Below are positions 1-12,112 of a stretch of DNA of 64,000 nt, in pieces. Numbering within the stretch: the stretch's first letter is position 1; every line of letters starts with the position of its first letter. The notes under the pieces were generated by a model, which ran no database searches, was not told where the DNA came from, and was given only the letters and a program-made list of their open reading frames with translations. Both the position numbers and the translations under genes were made by a program. This DNA comes from Camelus dromedarius (Eukaryota). The stretch lies in NCBI RefSeq assembly GCF_036321535.1, contig NC_087447.1, forward strand, positions 50,222,001 to 50,286,000, read 5' to 3'.

Positions 1-2589
1 TTTGCAAATCTTTATATCATATTAGAATCAGGGTTCCACATTTTTCTAGCTGTGTGGCCCTCTAATCCTTAGGTTTTCACCTGAAAAAAATAAGGATAAT
101 TTTCATAGGGTGGAAAAATTTAAATGAGCACAGCACTGGCATATAGCAAGCACTCTGTGACCAGCAGCTGCTACCACAGACAGTATGAGCACTCCTCCTG
201 CTGCTGCAACCCTGCTCTATGAAAACTGCCCTAAGGAAATTAAACCAACAGCCAACAAGCATCCAGTAGGCACTCAATAAGTGAGCATGAAACGAATGCT
301 TGGTCTTATGCTACATGCTGGCTGCAGACTAGATTCTTAGATTATAAAAATGCATTAATCAAAATTACAACTTTGAAGTCAAAAGGTCTGACTCCTCTAA
401 GTCCAGTTTTAATAAAAACAAAAAACAAAACAACACCTTCATTATCCACAAGTAAAGAAGCAGCACAGAACACAGGACACAGTAGCACTATCTGACCACA
501 TCCTAGACATGTTAATGAACAGCATTTAAACCTCATCCTTGTTATAACCATGTCCTCTTTTAAAAGTTATTTTTCTATAAGCATGCCAACTTGGATATTT
601 GGGTCCATCTCTTCTCTTTTTGAACTGTCAGCCTCTCAAGTTTTATATGATTAATGTATATAGAGAAAATTAGAAAGGCTTCAGACTGAGTCAACAGTAG
701 TTTTCTTGATCCCTCAATTACAATATCCTCTTTGCAGTATATCCTTGTTGAACATTTGGAATGAATTAAGACTTTAAACTTCCAGATGTTTAAACTACTA
801 CTGTAAATTCAAACTCATTAAAAAGGGCAGATTTACTACCTCTACTTAGTTTTGAAGTCTGTTGTTCACCCTGTCCAAATAATTTATGAAACCAAATACA
901 GTGGCAGGTAGTGTATTCTATTTTTATAGTATTCATGGTGAGAAATAAGGGGCATTTAAAAAGGTCTGGAAATTAACTGCCACTTTAGCCAACCTATAGA
1001 TCACACTTATTGTTGTTTCTAAGCTAGTAATTGTTTCCTGAAACTGATCTAGTAGATTTTTATGCTAATCTGTACTAAAAATTACTTTTGCTTTTTCTGG
1101 CCACAAAAAGCTGGCTACAGAGGAGCATTTGATTACAGCAAGAAGACAGCTGCACACATACTCGTGAAGTAAATGGACCCGGATCTACGGACTTTTGTGG
1201 TAGTGTCTTGGCAGCCAAACAAAGGTGGCAGCATTTCTACACCTAGTTTGTAAAGTCTCAGAAGTTTCAGGCTTCAGGTTTTGGGTTTTTTGTTTTTTTG
1301 TTTTTTTTTCCAAGGAACCCACTTTGACTATAATGAGCACATTTTAGAAATGCTGTGCTGAAAGCTGGCAATGGATAAAGCAAGAATACAAAAGAAAGCC
1401 TATTCCTAAAGCAAATATTTCTTTCACAAACCTTAAGAATGAAGTGGCTTTCACAATCAATTTTAAGACTGAAGGATTGGATTGAAGTACCTGGCTCTGG
1501 CACTTATTAGCTATATAATTTGGGGCAATTCATCTACCTCTGTGAGCTTGATTTCTCAACTGAAAAATGGGACTACTACTTGCTTGAGTTTTTCTTAGAA
1601 CTTGAATGATATCAAAGTGCTCTGTAAAAAGCTCTATAGTATCATATAAATATTAATACTGCAAGTACAATCTTCCTATGCTTTATGACTCACTTTAAAT
1701 AGCACTTAAAAAGTGGCTGTCCCTAATATGAAACAAAACCAGATCTAACTACGTTACTGCAGAGGATCTGGCGTCAAGAGGAGGGGAAGACGGTTTCTTC
1801 CAACTCAATCAACTACTAGTTACATCACAAGGTTACTGTTAAGAACTAAATAAAAATTACCTACAATTATTAATAAAGCATTTTTTCTCATTCATTTATA
1901 GGTAACAAATCCTATGTTAGGCCTCAACTGTGTATAACTTTTTTCCCCAAGAGTGGGTATGTCAAAAGCAAATTACATATGCTAAACCTTGAATATATTT
2001 CCAATTACATATGCTAAATTTTAAATAAATTTCCCAATATATTTTGTTTAGATATGATACAGAATTTTTTAAAAAATGCACAAAGTTTTTATGGATACAC
2101 TATTATGTTATTTTCTTTTCCTTTAATTTCAATAATCTGATTCACTTAACTTTATAAAGCGTGTGTGTGTGTAGTTATAAGTAAGCACAACTGTAGTCCT
2201 GTGGGTCAATTCTAGGCTGTAAGTTCTGTAAGAAAGTGCATCTGTTACTGCCAGCACTTAACTGAGAAGCCTGGCACACAATAAACATCCAAATTTGTGG
2301 TATAAAGTCACTATACCAACCACTTTCAAACTCCATAATCTTGCAAAAATGATGTTTCATCTATGGGGAGATACCATTGACCCAATCTATCTTCAAAGAC
2401 CAGAGTTTGTGAAGATACCTCTTAATAAGTTTTGGGTTTTAAGCTTTCAATAAATTCTCAAATTAACTTGGAGAACATACGGAGATTATAAACACAAGCC
2501 ATGGGCACTTTAAAAGCTTAACCAATGCTTGCTGCATGAATGTTTTTGATAAATTATCATGGTAGACTGAAAACGGGGCCCTATTTTGC

Positions 2590-2945
2590 AGCTCTGTCCA
2601 TCAAGATGACGAGTCTATTATCCTCATCCCTTCTGGGCCAGCCTTGTGACTTGTTTTGACCAAACAAGATAGGGTGAAAGTGATGTTCTGTGAGTTGAGT
2701 CTGGGCTTTGAAGCTATTGCCTTTGCCTTCTTGGTACTCTGAGACCACCATCCCATAAACCCAGGATAAAAGGTCACATGGAGAGGTCTAGCTGTCCCAT
2801 CCAGGCCCCAGCCAATCTGCCTGCTGAATACAGAGAGTCCAGATGAGACCAGTGAAAGAACCACTAAACTAAGCCACAAAACTGTAAACTTTTGTTAAGC
2901 CACTAAATTTTGGAATGCTGTTAAGCTGTAACAGGTAACTGATGA
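2590..2945 (+). mobile_element. MaLR LTR fragment (MLT1-type)
   Basis: GCCTTGTGACTTGTTTTGACC...TTAAGCCACTAAATTTTGG...AGGTAACTGAT resembles MLT1 3' halves. Confidence 0.65.
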
Positions 2946-3539
2946 TAAATTATCTGACCCTCATGGCACAAAAACACATAAATGTGGCTTTACAGTTGAG
3001 GAAACATACCCAGATTAAATAATCTGCCAAGGCCATACCACTCCTAAGTGTCCTAAGAACTGGATGCAGCTATTAAAAGGCCAGCTCTGTGTTTCCTTCT
3101 TTGTCATCCTGCCATCATGAATCTGACCAGTTCCTTCTGTTCTGGACAAAGGCACTTCTTAGAGCTCTGGCTATGAGATAAAACTTTGTTATCTTTCTTA
3201 TAATTTGCATGAGTAGTGCATCCTGATTTGACACATACACCAGGCTTGTCCACAACAGGGAAATACACTGCTGCCTATCATTAATACCCGGCACATTGCA
3301 AATATACCCCCTTCCTGTTCTCTGGAACTCAAATAACACTAACTTATCTCAACATAATATCATTCAGTGACGTCTCTGCCATGTTCACTCACTTACATTT
3401 GAGCCAGCAACAATTATGCAAAACCTAGTAATTTGTATTAGGGGCCATACAGCATATAATATTTAAAAAGTTAGATAAATCTTACATTTAATAGTATCAC
3501 AGTGAAAATGTCTTTTTTTTAATTCCCTAAGTAGTAAAC

Positions 3540-3566
3540 CACACACACACACACACACACACACAC
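3540..3566. repeat. (CA)n microsatellite
   Basis: Perfect CA run. Confidence 0.95.
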
Positions 3567-3674
3567 CCCCAAACTTCAACTGAGGTGATAAATATTTTCG
3601 AAGAGCATTTACCCCAAGAATCTGTTTTGTACCCCCCAAAAATAATGTATCTGAACTTTAAACAAAATTCACAT

Positions 3675-3775
3675 TTTATTTAGGTTGAAATAAACTATAC
3701 AAAATTGATTTTATTCACCAAAAATAATAGCAATATTTTCTGTATTATTCCTAGATAAACCACAAAACATTTATT
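3675..3775 (-). terminator. THAP12: Candidate THAP12 polyadenylation signals (AATAAA x3)
   Basis: TTTATT on + at 3675-3680, 3710-3715 and 3770-3775, about 0.9-1 kb after the stop; T/GT-rich sequence follows on the - strand. Confidence 0.65.
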
Positions 3776-4645
3776 TTTGTAGGTTTTCTAGGTTTTGCCT
3801 GTAAATCAAGATGAGGCAGTAGATACAGTCATGGAAAAAGACAGAAGAAAACAGACAAATCAGTTGTCAGTATCCATGGCCTCTGATTCTGTCTTGACCA
3901 TAAAACAGAAGTGTTCAAATATATCTGCCAAAAAACTGATGAAGATGTAGGCTCAACAAAGGAATGTAAACAGCAACAACCAGATGTGAAACAATGGCAG
4001 GCTCTTCATTAAAACTTTAACTATAATTTGTTCTTTTAAGTTCATTTGATAATGACAAAATCTACACTGAAATTGTTTGGTGAGCTTACACGTTTCTCTT
4101 ACCGTCTGATAATTCCCTTAACTGTCCCTTACAGATTTTTAACAACGTACTTAAAACTCCTACTATTTAAAGGTCAGTCATGAGCTTCATTGTTTTATAA
4201 AATGTACTCCTTCCTCCTGCACCTCTTCAAAATTTATTTCTTCCCAACTGATAACTTAATACCCAACAATTAATACCCAACAACTGATAACTTAATACCC
4301 AACAATTGGATCCACAGTGATAAATGTTATGTCTAAAATGACTTTAACTAAAACAATTCCAAAGTGCCATCAGCAGAGATCACACAGAGGTGGAACATGG
4401 TACTTTCAATGCCACTTTCTGGAAGAACAATTAGGGGTCCAAAACATGAGAGTTCAAACAGGGGCCATTCAAACAGGCAGATTATCAATGACTAATGTAC
4501 TCAATGGGAAGCCTATAGGTCAAGATACTCAGTGATTAAGTGGCCTATGTACACCTGACAAGCTTTTCTGTAAGATATCTTCAAATTTCTTACAGATTTC
4601 TTTTTCAAATATCAAATATAAGAGAAAGCCTATTTTTAAAGTCTC

Positions 4646-6579
4646 TTAGGTATTTTCAATAGTTTCTGAATTAGCTGTAGGAAGCTCTGACTTACTTGTA
4701 TAGAGTTTGATATATGTATCCACCATTAAATCCAAATCGTGTTTTATATCAAAATTTATGTTAAGCAAAGCCAAATTACTTGACCTTTGGTCTGTCAAAG
4801 TGTTCCTCAGGTATGCTTTGAGACGCTTTCGCCCATTTTCATAGCGTTCATTCTCAACCTTCATCACAGGAAGAATACATAGGACCTTCAGCAATGCATA
4901 AACATTAGGAAAAAACTTGATGTCTGGCAGATGAAGGGCTTCATAAATAGTGGATGGAAGTTCTATATCTTTCCCTCTGTGTTTCCACTTGATTCTCCAA
5001 CAATGCAGCTCAGCAGAGAGCGTGTCAGGATTAGGTAAGTCACTTCTGTACATGTCAGCATGGTGCTCCTCCGATGTATTGAATTTGAGCTGTCCCATGA
5101 CAGAGGGTACCAGAGATAAGCATTTAAGAGCTTTGAGGTGCTGTTCTGAGAATATATCTTTCAGTTCCTGAATAATGTGTTCCACTGTTGGAACACTTAG
5201 AGTTTCTTTATAGTAACTCTCAGAGGTTAGCTGAGTTTCCAGGTTACCCTGCTGAGCTCTGCGAAATTTCCCTGGGAGTTTCATCTGAATATCAAGTTTG
5301 GTTGCCAAATTTGTGGCTTCTTCAAACCAAAATTCATGATAAACTTCAATATTTTCCATCACTTCATTTAGTGAATGCAGCACTGCAGTCAAGCTACTGG
5401 CTGCAAAGAAGACATCAGAGGTTTGCCCCTGAAGATTTTTCCCAAAGGCTCTTGTAAAAGATAGAACATTTTTAAGAACAACAATGGTAACGATGAAATC
5501 AAAATCTGTTACTGCACTACAGAGTACAAATGCTCGACCAGCTATACAGTTATTCCATCTAATATTTGTGTCACTATTTATACCATCTAAACATAAAACA
5601 AGTGCTTGAAGGAGGTCCACTAAGATCTCAAAAGCATCATGCCTGCCTGTCCACTGAGAATGGCAAATTTCCTTCAGTTCTTTGCCCCTTTCTTCATTGT
5701 TCTGAAAGAGGACAGAAATTACACTGTCAAGCTCTAAAAGCAATTGTGGTGATCGATGGAAAAAAGAACAAACTTCCTCAATTGTTCCTAATGCAACAGA
5801 TACTCCTGTAACAGGCACTGATTTTGCCAACCACATATTTAAGGCACAGGAAGAACAGAGTGTGTAGACAGCTTGGGGATACTTCTCTAAAAGTCTTGAA
5901 GCAACAACTTTCATTTTGGAAGAAAATCCACTGGACACAATGTAAGCCTGGCCACGACAGTACTCCATGTTTAATCCCCACTTCTCAGTTATCGTAGTGT
6001 GAAATTTCACAGCCAAAATTTCTGCATCAGCTTCATAAGGCAGGAAGCCCACAAATTCCTCTCTCAGGTTATGAGCTTCGTCGACAAACCTAACTAACAC
6101 AGGCAGGTGCTCTTCCCCTGCTATGTCCACCACATCGTCAGTGATGATGGAAAAGAAGTGAGAGTCTCTCACTTCCCTGAGGGTTTCTTCTCGAATGCAG
6201 CTCTCACAGATCTCAAGCATCTGTTTCTGTTGTGTTTTTGAACAGAACAGTGTGTTAACTGCTGTTGTCTCAAAGCGTTTTCTCAGAACCTCTTCACCAG
6301 AATTTATCCGGCACTCCAGCAGTGCTTGAAAGTTATCAGGAGTGAAGAGACCTTCTGGGATTTCATCAGCTTCATGTCCATCCAGAGGTATGTTTTGTTT
6401 TCCCATAAGAATCAAAATTTCAAATAAAGATTTTAAGTATTCTTTGTTTTCCTTCTCCTCAAGGGTTAAAGGTAAAATGTCTTCATCCTGCTCTTCACTC
6501 CCTTCTTCTGCACTAGGGTTCTGAGCATTGCTGTTGTTTATTTCTTTATGTTTTTGTTCCTGTTCAGAAGTTTCATCAA
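4646..6579 (-). CDS. THAP12: THAP12 coding exon 5: hAT-transposase-like region (DUF4371-like plus C-terminal hAT dimerisation domain), stop TAA
   Basis: Part of ORF 4646..6616; acceptor TTTTGCAG| at 6580; translation closely matches THAP12/PRKRIR; spliced CDS 2289 nt = 762 aa + stop. Confidence 0.98.
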
Positions 6580-8086
6580 CTGCAAAACAAAGAATTAATT
6601 TTATAAACAGGCTCATAAAGAATCATACAAACAAAAATTTTACATTTTTGATTGGTTAAATATTTAAAATATATAAATGCATTCATTCAACACTCATGGG
6701 GCACCTACTAGACTATAGACTAGGATACAGAGATTAAAAGAAGATACTCACACTCTTGTGGTGGAGACAAACACTGTGAATGGATATATTTTAATCCTAC
6801 ATGTTAAATGCTATTATGAGAGGAATAATTTCTTATAAACTTAATAAGGCACATCACATATACAGAGCAATAACAGACAGTCCATGCCATCAGAAAATGA
6901 AAGGGGAAGAAAACTAATACTTATTGAGACACTGTGTTGGCATTTTACATGTAGCACACTGCTCCCTCTACAGCCAGGCGGTATCAACCCCATTTGACAA
7001 ATGAGGACAGTAAATAATTGCCCAAGGTCACAGATGGAGGTGAAATTCAAATCCAGGCTTATCTGGCTCCAAGGTCCACGCTGACACTGTTTCTATACTT
7101 TTATATGGGAGATGAGGCAGTTATACAAACTAATACCATATAAAGTATACTCATGCAATTTTTAGGGCTAATATTAGAATATTAGAAATCTTAGCCTACT
7201 CTCTTCATATCTGGATAAAAAAACTGAGGCCCTGAGGTTAAGGGTCCTGACCATAGTCATACACAAAAGTCCTGGTCCTTGTGGTCCCTCTAGGTTCACT
7301 TTTTAACCATCATGGGTTATTAGAAGCTCCAACAACAAAATAAATACGTAGTTCCCCAAATCTGGCACCCTGTTTTAAGGCACTGTATAGAATACTCTTT
7401 CCTCCTTTCTTTGCTTGAGTCCATGTCTCCTCATCTATAAAGGGGGGAAATAATAGTACTTACCCTCAGGATTATTGTGAGAATAACATGAATTAATATA
7501 AGTAAAGCACTTAGAATAATGACTTGGCACACAGTAAGTACTCAATAAAAAGTTATGTTAATAATAATAATAGCAGTAGGAGGAGGAGGCAGGAAAAGAG
7601 GAGTACTGCTAATAACTGACAAGAACAAAAAACCTTCTGGTTCTCATCCTTTGGTGACACGGCTCAGGCATCAGTACCTGGGTAATGGTTATTGTGACTC
7701 TGCCCTCTATAAGGCCAAGTGTCTCCACAACATTTATTCCTTAAATATTTACCAAGAACTTAGCATGCACCACACTGGATGGACAGAGATTCTGCTCCTT
7801 TCCTTCCCTACACTAGGACATGCTGCCTGTGTGCCTGCCACCCCTACCACATTGGGAGCACCTAGTGGGGAGAAGGCCAAGTGCACGGCATAGTGGCACC
7901 CAATGAAGACAAACTGAACTAAGACTTCAGTCTCACAGACAATTCCAGACCACAGGACAATGCCTACCACACTCTAACATCATTCTCACAGTAGATGTTT
8001 GGACAAAAACATATTTATTTGTCCTTACCAGGTCAAGGCCTTTTAAAAAGGCATTCAGAAGTTGAGTCATTAACACTATCACTTAC

Positions 8087-8123
8087 TTTTTTTCTGTTTC
8101 AGTGTCCTGATTTCATCTTCACT
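8087..8123 (-). CDS. THAP12: THAP12 coding exon 4 (SEDEIRTLKQKK + 1 nt)
   Basis: Acceptor CATTTAG|, donor |GTAAGT; 37 nt; joins exon 5 to make ATT (Ile). Confidence 0.94.
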
Positions 8124-9049
8124 CTAAATGACAAGAAAAAATAAAAAACTTTGAGAAAACTGAACTCTAGTATATCATCACAGATTCACAAGTAAAAAGC
8201 ATACTATGCGTCAAATTTAATTCTTTCAAGAACAAAAATTCTTCATAAGGAATACATTCTTCATATAGACAGATGACAGGAAAACCAGAAAAATAATTTG
8301 CTAATGATTCCAAGCTTATAAGAAAATACTAGAGGGTAAAGAATACATCATTTAACTTGCTTTGTATCTGAATCATCATAATTTGGAGTTACAAGTGTTC
8401 ACTGGCTAATAAAAGGCATGAAAATATATGATGGCACTTGGGGTCAAGTTCAACGGGCCATGAACCATGCCCCCTGTCCGATCAAACCCTGGGGGAATGC
8501 CACGTAAAAGAGAGTTGCTGGATGCCAGAACCCAACACAAAAGCTATGAGAAATCTCTGGGAAGCAGAAAGTGACAGAGTGCCAATATGGAAGAGAAATA
8601 GATACATACAACATGGAGAACTAAGTGGCATATACAAGGTTAGTTAGACTGAGGAAGAACTTCCCAGAGTGTCCTTTTCTCTCCCTCTAACCCACTACAA
8701 TTCTTAGATCACAACCCAGCCCATTACTATTCTGGGGCAAGAAAGCAGCAGTACCAGTTACAGCTAGAGACAGTACGGTACCTGCTGAGCAGCATGGAAC
8801 ATGATACTAAGAACATGAAACATAAGCAGGCTAGCTAACCTGGAACATTCCCTTTTTATCCTATGGGCTGCAGAGTTACAAGGATGGCCGATCTGGAAGA
8901 GTGCACCTGCCATAAGGTATCTGAGGTTCCACAAGGGGCAGGGAACAGGGAAATGATAGCTACAGGATGGGAAGTGGTTGAACTCCTCACTCCTGGTACG
9001 TATTACTAAGAAGAAAGCTGATGTGGAGGACTGTTGTATAGTGTCAGCA

Positions 9050-11400
9050 TTAAGCTATAAGAAGTCCCAGAAAAAACAATAAATATAGGGTAAGAAATGC
9101 ATGAGAAATAAAAACTGACAACTTCTCAGAACTTAAACATGTTAGTCTGGGGAAGAAAAAAACCTCACATCTAAATATGGTTTAGTGAAATTGAAAATGT
9201 CAAATATAAAGAAAAAAATACTGAAGGCTTTGAGGGAGAAAAAACTTATCACCTAAAAAGGAACAAGAATCAGGCTGGCATCAGACTTTAATAGTAATAA
9301 CGAATGCAAAAAAATTAGAAAGAATATCACACAGACTATATGTACCCTCTGTGCATCATGTTAACATTTAGGGGGAAAGTTTTTAAAAATAAGCCCATGT
9401 CTGGAAACTAAAAACAAAAATAATTTTATACTAAAGAAAAGGGAAATTACAAAACACTCATAGTTGAACAAGGAAAACACTACATGTCTAAAATTGTAGG
9501 ATACAGCTACAACATACTTAGACATTTATAGCTTTGAATATACATAAATATGAGTTAAACATTCAAGAAGCTAAAAGTAAATCCCTCAAATCAAGAAGAG
9601 ACCAATAAAACAACTCACAAGTACAGCAGTCAGTGATAAAACTCACTACTGTTTCTTTGAAAAGACCACTAAAATAATTTTAGGAGTAGAGAAAGGAAAG
9701 CATCCCCAAATCCTACATGAAGTTCATAAACTGCTGGAAACATATAAAACTCCAAGAAGAAAGAGAAACCAATAAATAAATGGAAATGGTAATCAAAATA
9801 ATCCCTCACCCACCCCAAGCCCTGTGATGGTTTTACCAAGTTCAACTTAACTATCAAGAGCAGAGAGTATCTACCTTATACAAGTTTTTCTAGAAAAATT
9901 AAGAGAGAAGAAAAGAAAAGCTATCCAACTCATTTTATGAGGCTAACAGAACCCTGATATCGTAACTGGATGAGAGGAGTACATGAAAAGAAAATTATCG
10001 GCCAACACTTATAATTATAAATGCAAAACTTTTGATAAAATATTGACCAACTGAACCGAATAGTGTATGAAAATTAAGAGAAATATACTGTAATCAGTTA
10101 GGGTTCATCATAGGAATGCAAAGATAGTTCAACATCAGAATATCCATCAATGTTATTCATGGCTTTAAAGAATGGAAAAAAAAAAAGAACTCAACAGATG
10201 CAATGAAAGTATTTGAAAAATTCAACAAGTTATGATTAAAATTCTGAATATGAGGACTAGAAGTAAATACAGAGAATTTCTTTAACTTAATAAAAATTAT
10301 CTAAAAATACCAACAAAAACATCATACTTAATGGAACAAGTCAAGTGGACCAGCTTGCTTACTTACTACTGGGACTATTCAATACAGTACTAGAGATGCT
10401 CTTGACTAACCAATAAGACAGGCAACAGAAACAAATTAAAATTGGAAGAACTGAAAGAGGCAAATTTGTCTTTACTGGTAGATGATACAACCAACTAAAT
10501 AGAAAACTCAGTAGACTATTAGAATTAATTTTAAAAAGGGTCTTCAAAATTGCTGGAAACAATCTCAACCAGAAATACATAATCTATACCTACAAAAACC
10601 ATAAGGTATTTAGAAAGTAATTAATCTAAGGAAGGATGTACAAATTCTTCTAAAGAATTGCAACAAAAATACTGAAATTTTTTCAAATCTTTGACTTTTT
10701 GTACTCCTGGAAGTATTTTAATAGTCTTTCCAAATAATTAGTATTTAGTTTTGTCAATGATTGCTGTTACTTGATAGCTATTTTATTTTTTTCTATTTAT
10801 GTATAGGACTAATTAATATTGTAAAGATGGTAATTCAAAGCATTTAATAATGAAAATATCAAAAGAATTTCTAGAACTTGACAAAGGGATGCTCAAATTC
10901 ACTTGGAGGAATAAAGATCTACAAATAGCTAAGACAACTGCAAAAAAGAAGAGTTAAGAAACCACTCTATTTGAAAGTAAAAGATACTATAAAGCAATGG
11001 TAATAAAAACAGTGTAGTATAGCTGCAAACAAACAAATCTTCCAATGGAATATAGTAAGAGTTTTCAGAAACAGCCTAGCATATACATAAACTTGGTATA
11101 TGACAGAGGTGGTATCTTATACCAGATGAATTAATAGGCCATGTTGGGAAAACTTGATCTCTATAAAGAGAAAAATAAAATTAGATCTCTACTGGACACC
11201 ATACATACAAATTCAAATGGATCAAAGATTGAAATATGAAAGGTAAACACAGAAGAAAATGAGGAAAATTGGATAAATGTTATCTTAAAAAAGCACATAG
11301 TGGGTGAACTGAAATGACATATTAAGTACACTAACATGGATACCATAAGGGAGGGGAGGAATAGGAATGCTAATACTGGAAGAAGGAAAAAATAAACAAA
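9050..11400 (+). mobile_element. Old decayed L1 (L1M-type ORF1/ORF2 fragments), antisense in THAP12 intron 3
   Basis: A-rich, with L1 ORF2 landmarks such as AACTCATTTTATGAGGCTA, GGAATGCAAAGATAGTTCAACATCAGAA and ACCATACATACAAATTCAAATGGATCAAAGA. Confidence 0.75.
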
Positions 11401-12004
11401 ATAAGGGTCCTGCTGGTGGTAATGATAACAGAATGCCATGGTCTGAGGAGTCTGAGTAATTTAATTTTGTTCATTTGAGGTCAACAAAAAACAGGTAGGT
11501 TTCAATCATCAGAACTAAAGGATATTAAAGGAATATAAAAATGTGCACAAAGATGCCACATAGAGAGATATAAAAGCTTTTTCTAAACCCTGTCAGTACT
11601 CAATAATTATAGAATCCTTATCTCTAGTAAAACTATCCATGTCTCAACTTTCCTTTTCTTTATCCCTTTGTGATGAATTCTGAAAATATACCTCAGCTCC
11701 ACTTCCCTTACTGCAGAAGAAAAAGTGTTTTCCCCCTTCTTCCCTGGAAGAGAATGAGTTGGGGGTCTGTAATTAACAGCACACTCTGGTTCAAGTCAAT
11801 GAGTGTGAACAAGCTAGATCTGAGGAAGATTTTCCAATTTAAATACTAAAACAAACTAATCATCTTGTGTTGAGGCTACTTCAAAAATAACCATAGCATT
11901 CATTTCCCATAATGCTACCTTTGAAGTAGAGAGTAACTTGGTTCAAATTTAACATGAATGCATCTATACTTGATTTCATATTATGGGGAAGCACACTGAC
12001 ATAC

Positions 12005-12112
12005 CAATTCTTTTATTCGTTTTCTGTGTCTACTATGCGGATTATTCAAATGGCTGGTAAGATCAAATATTGTTGGTATTGCATTATCTCGAAGAACTGT
12101 CCTGTAAGGACT
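12005..12112 (-). CDS. THAP12: THAP12 coding exon 3 (SPYRTVLRDNAIPTIFDLTSHLNNPHSRHRKRIKEL)
   Basis: Acceptor TTTTTCAG|, donor |GTATGT; 108 nt, phase 0; AIPTIF is the THAP AVPTIF box. Confidence 0.96.

Noticed and set aside
6580..6616. N-terminal MSLFIKLILCFAV of the 656-aa ORF as a real start
   Set aside because: Intronic pyrimidine tract and acceptor of exon 5; the true N-terminus comes from exons 1-4
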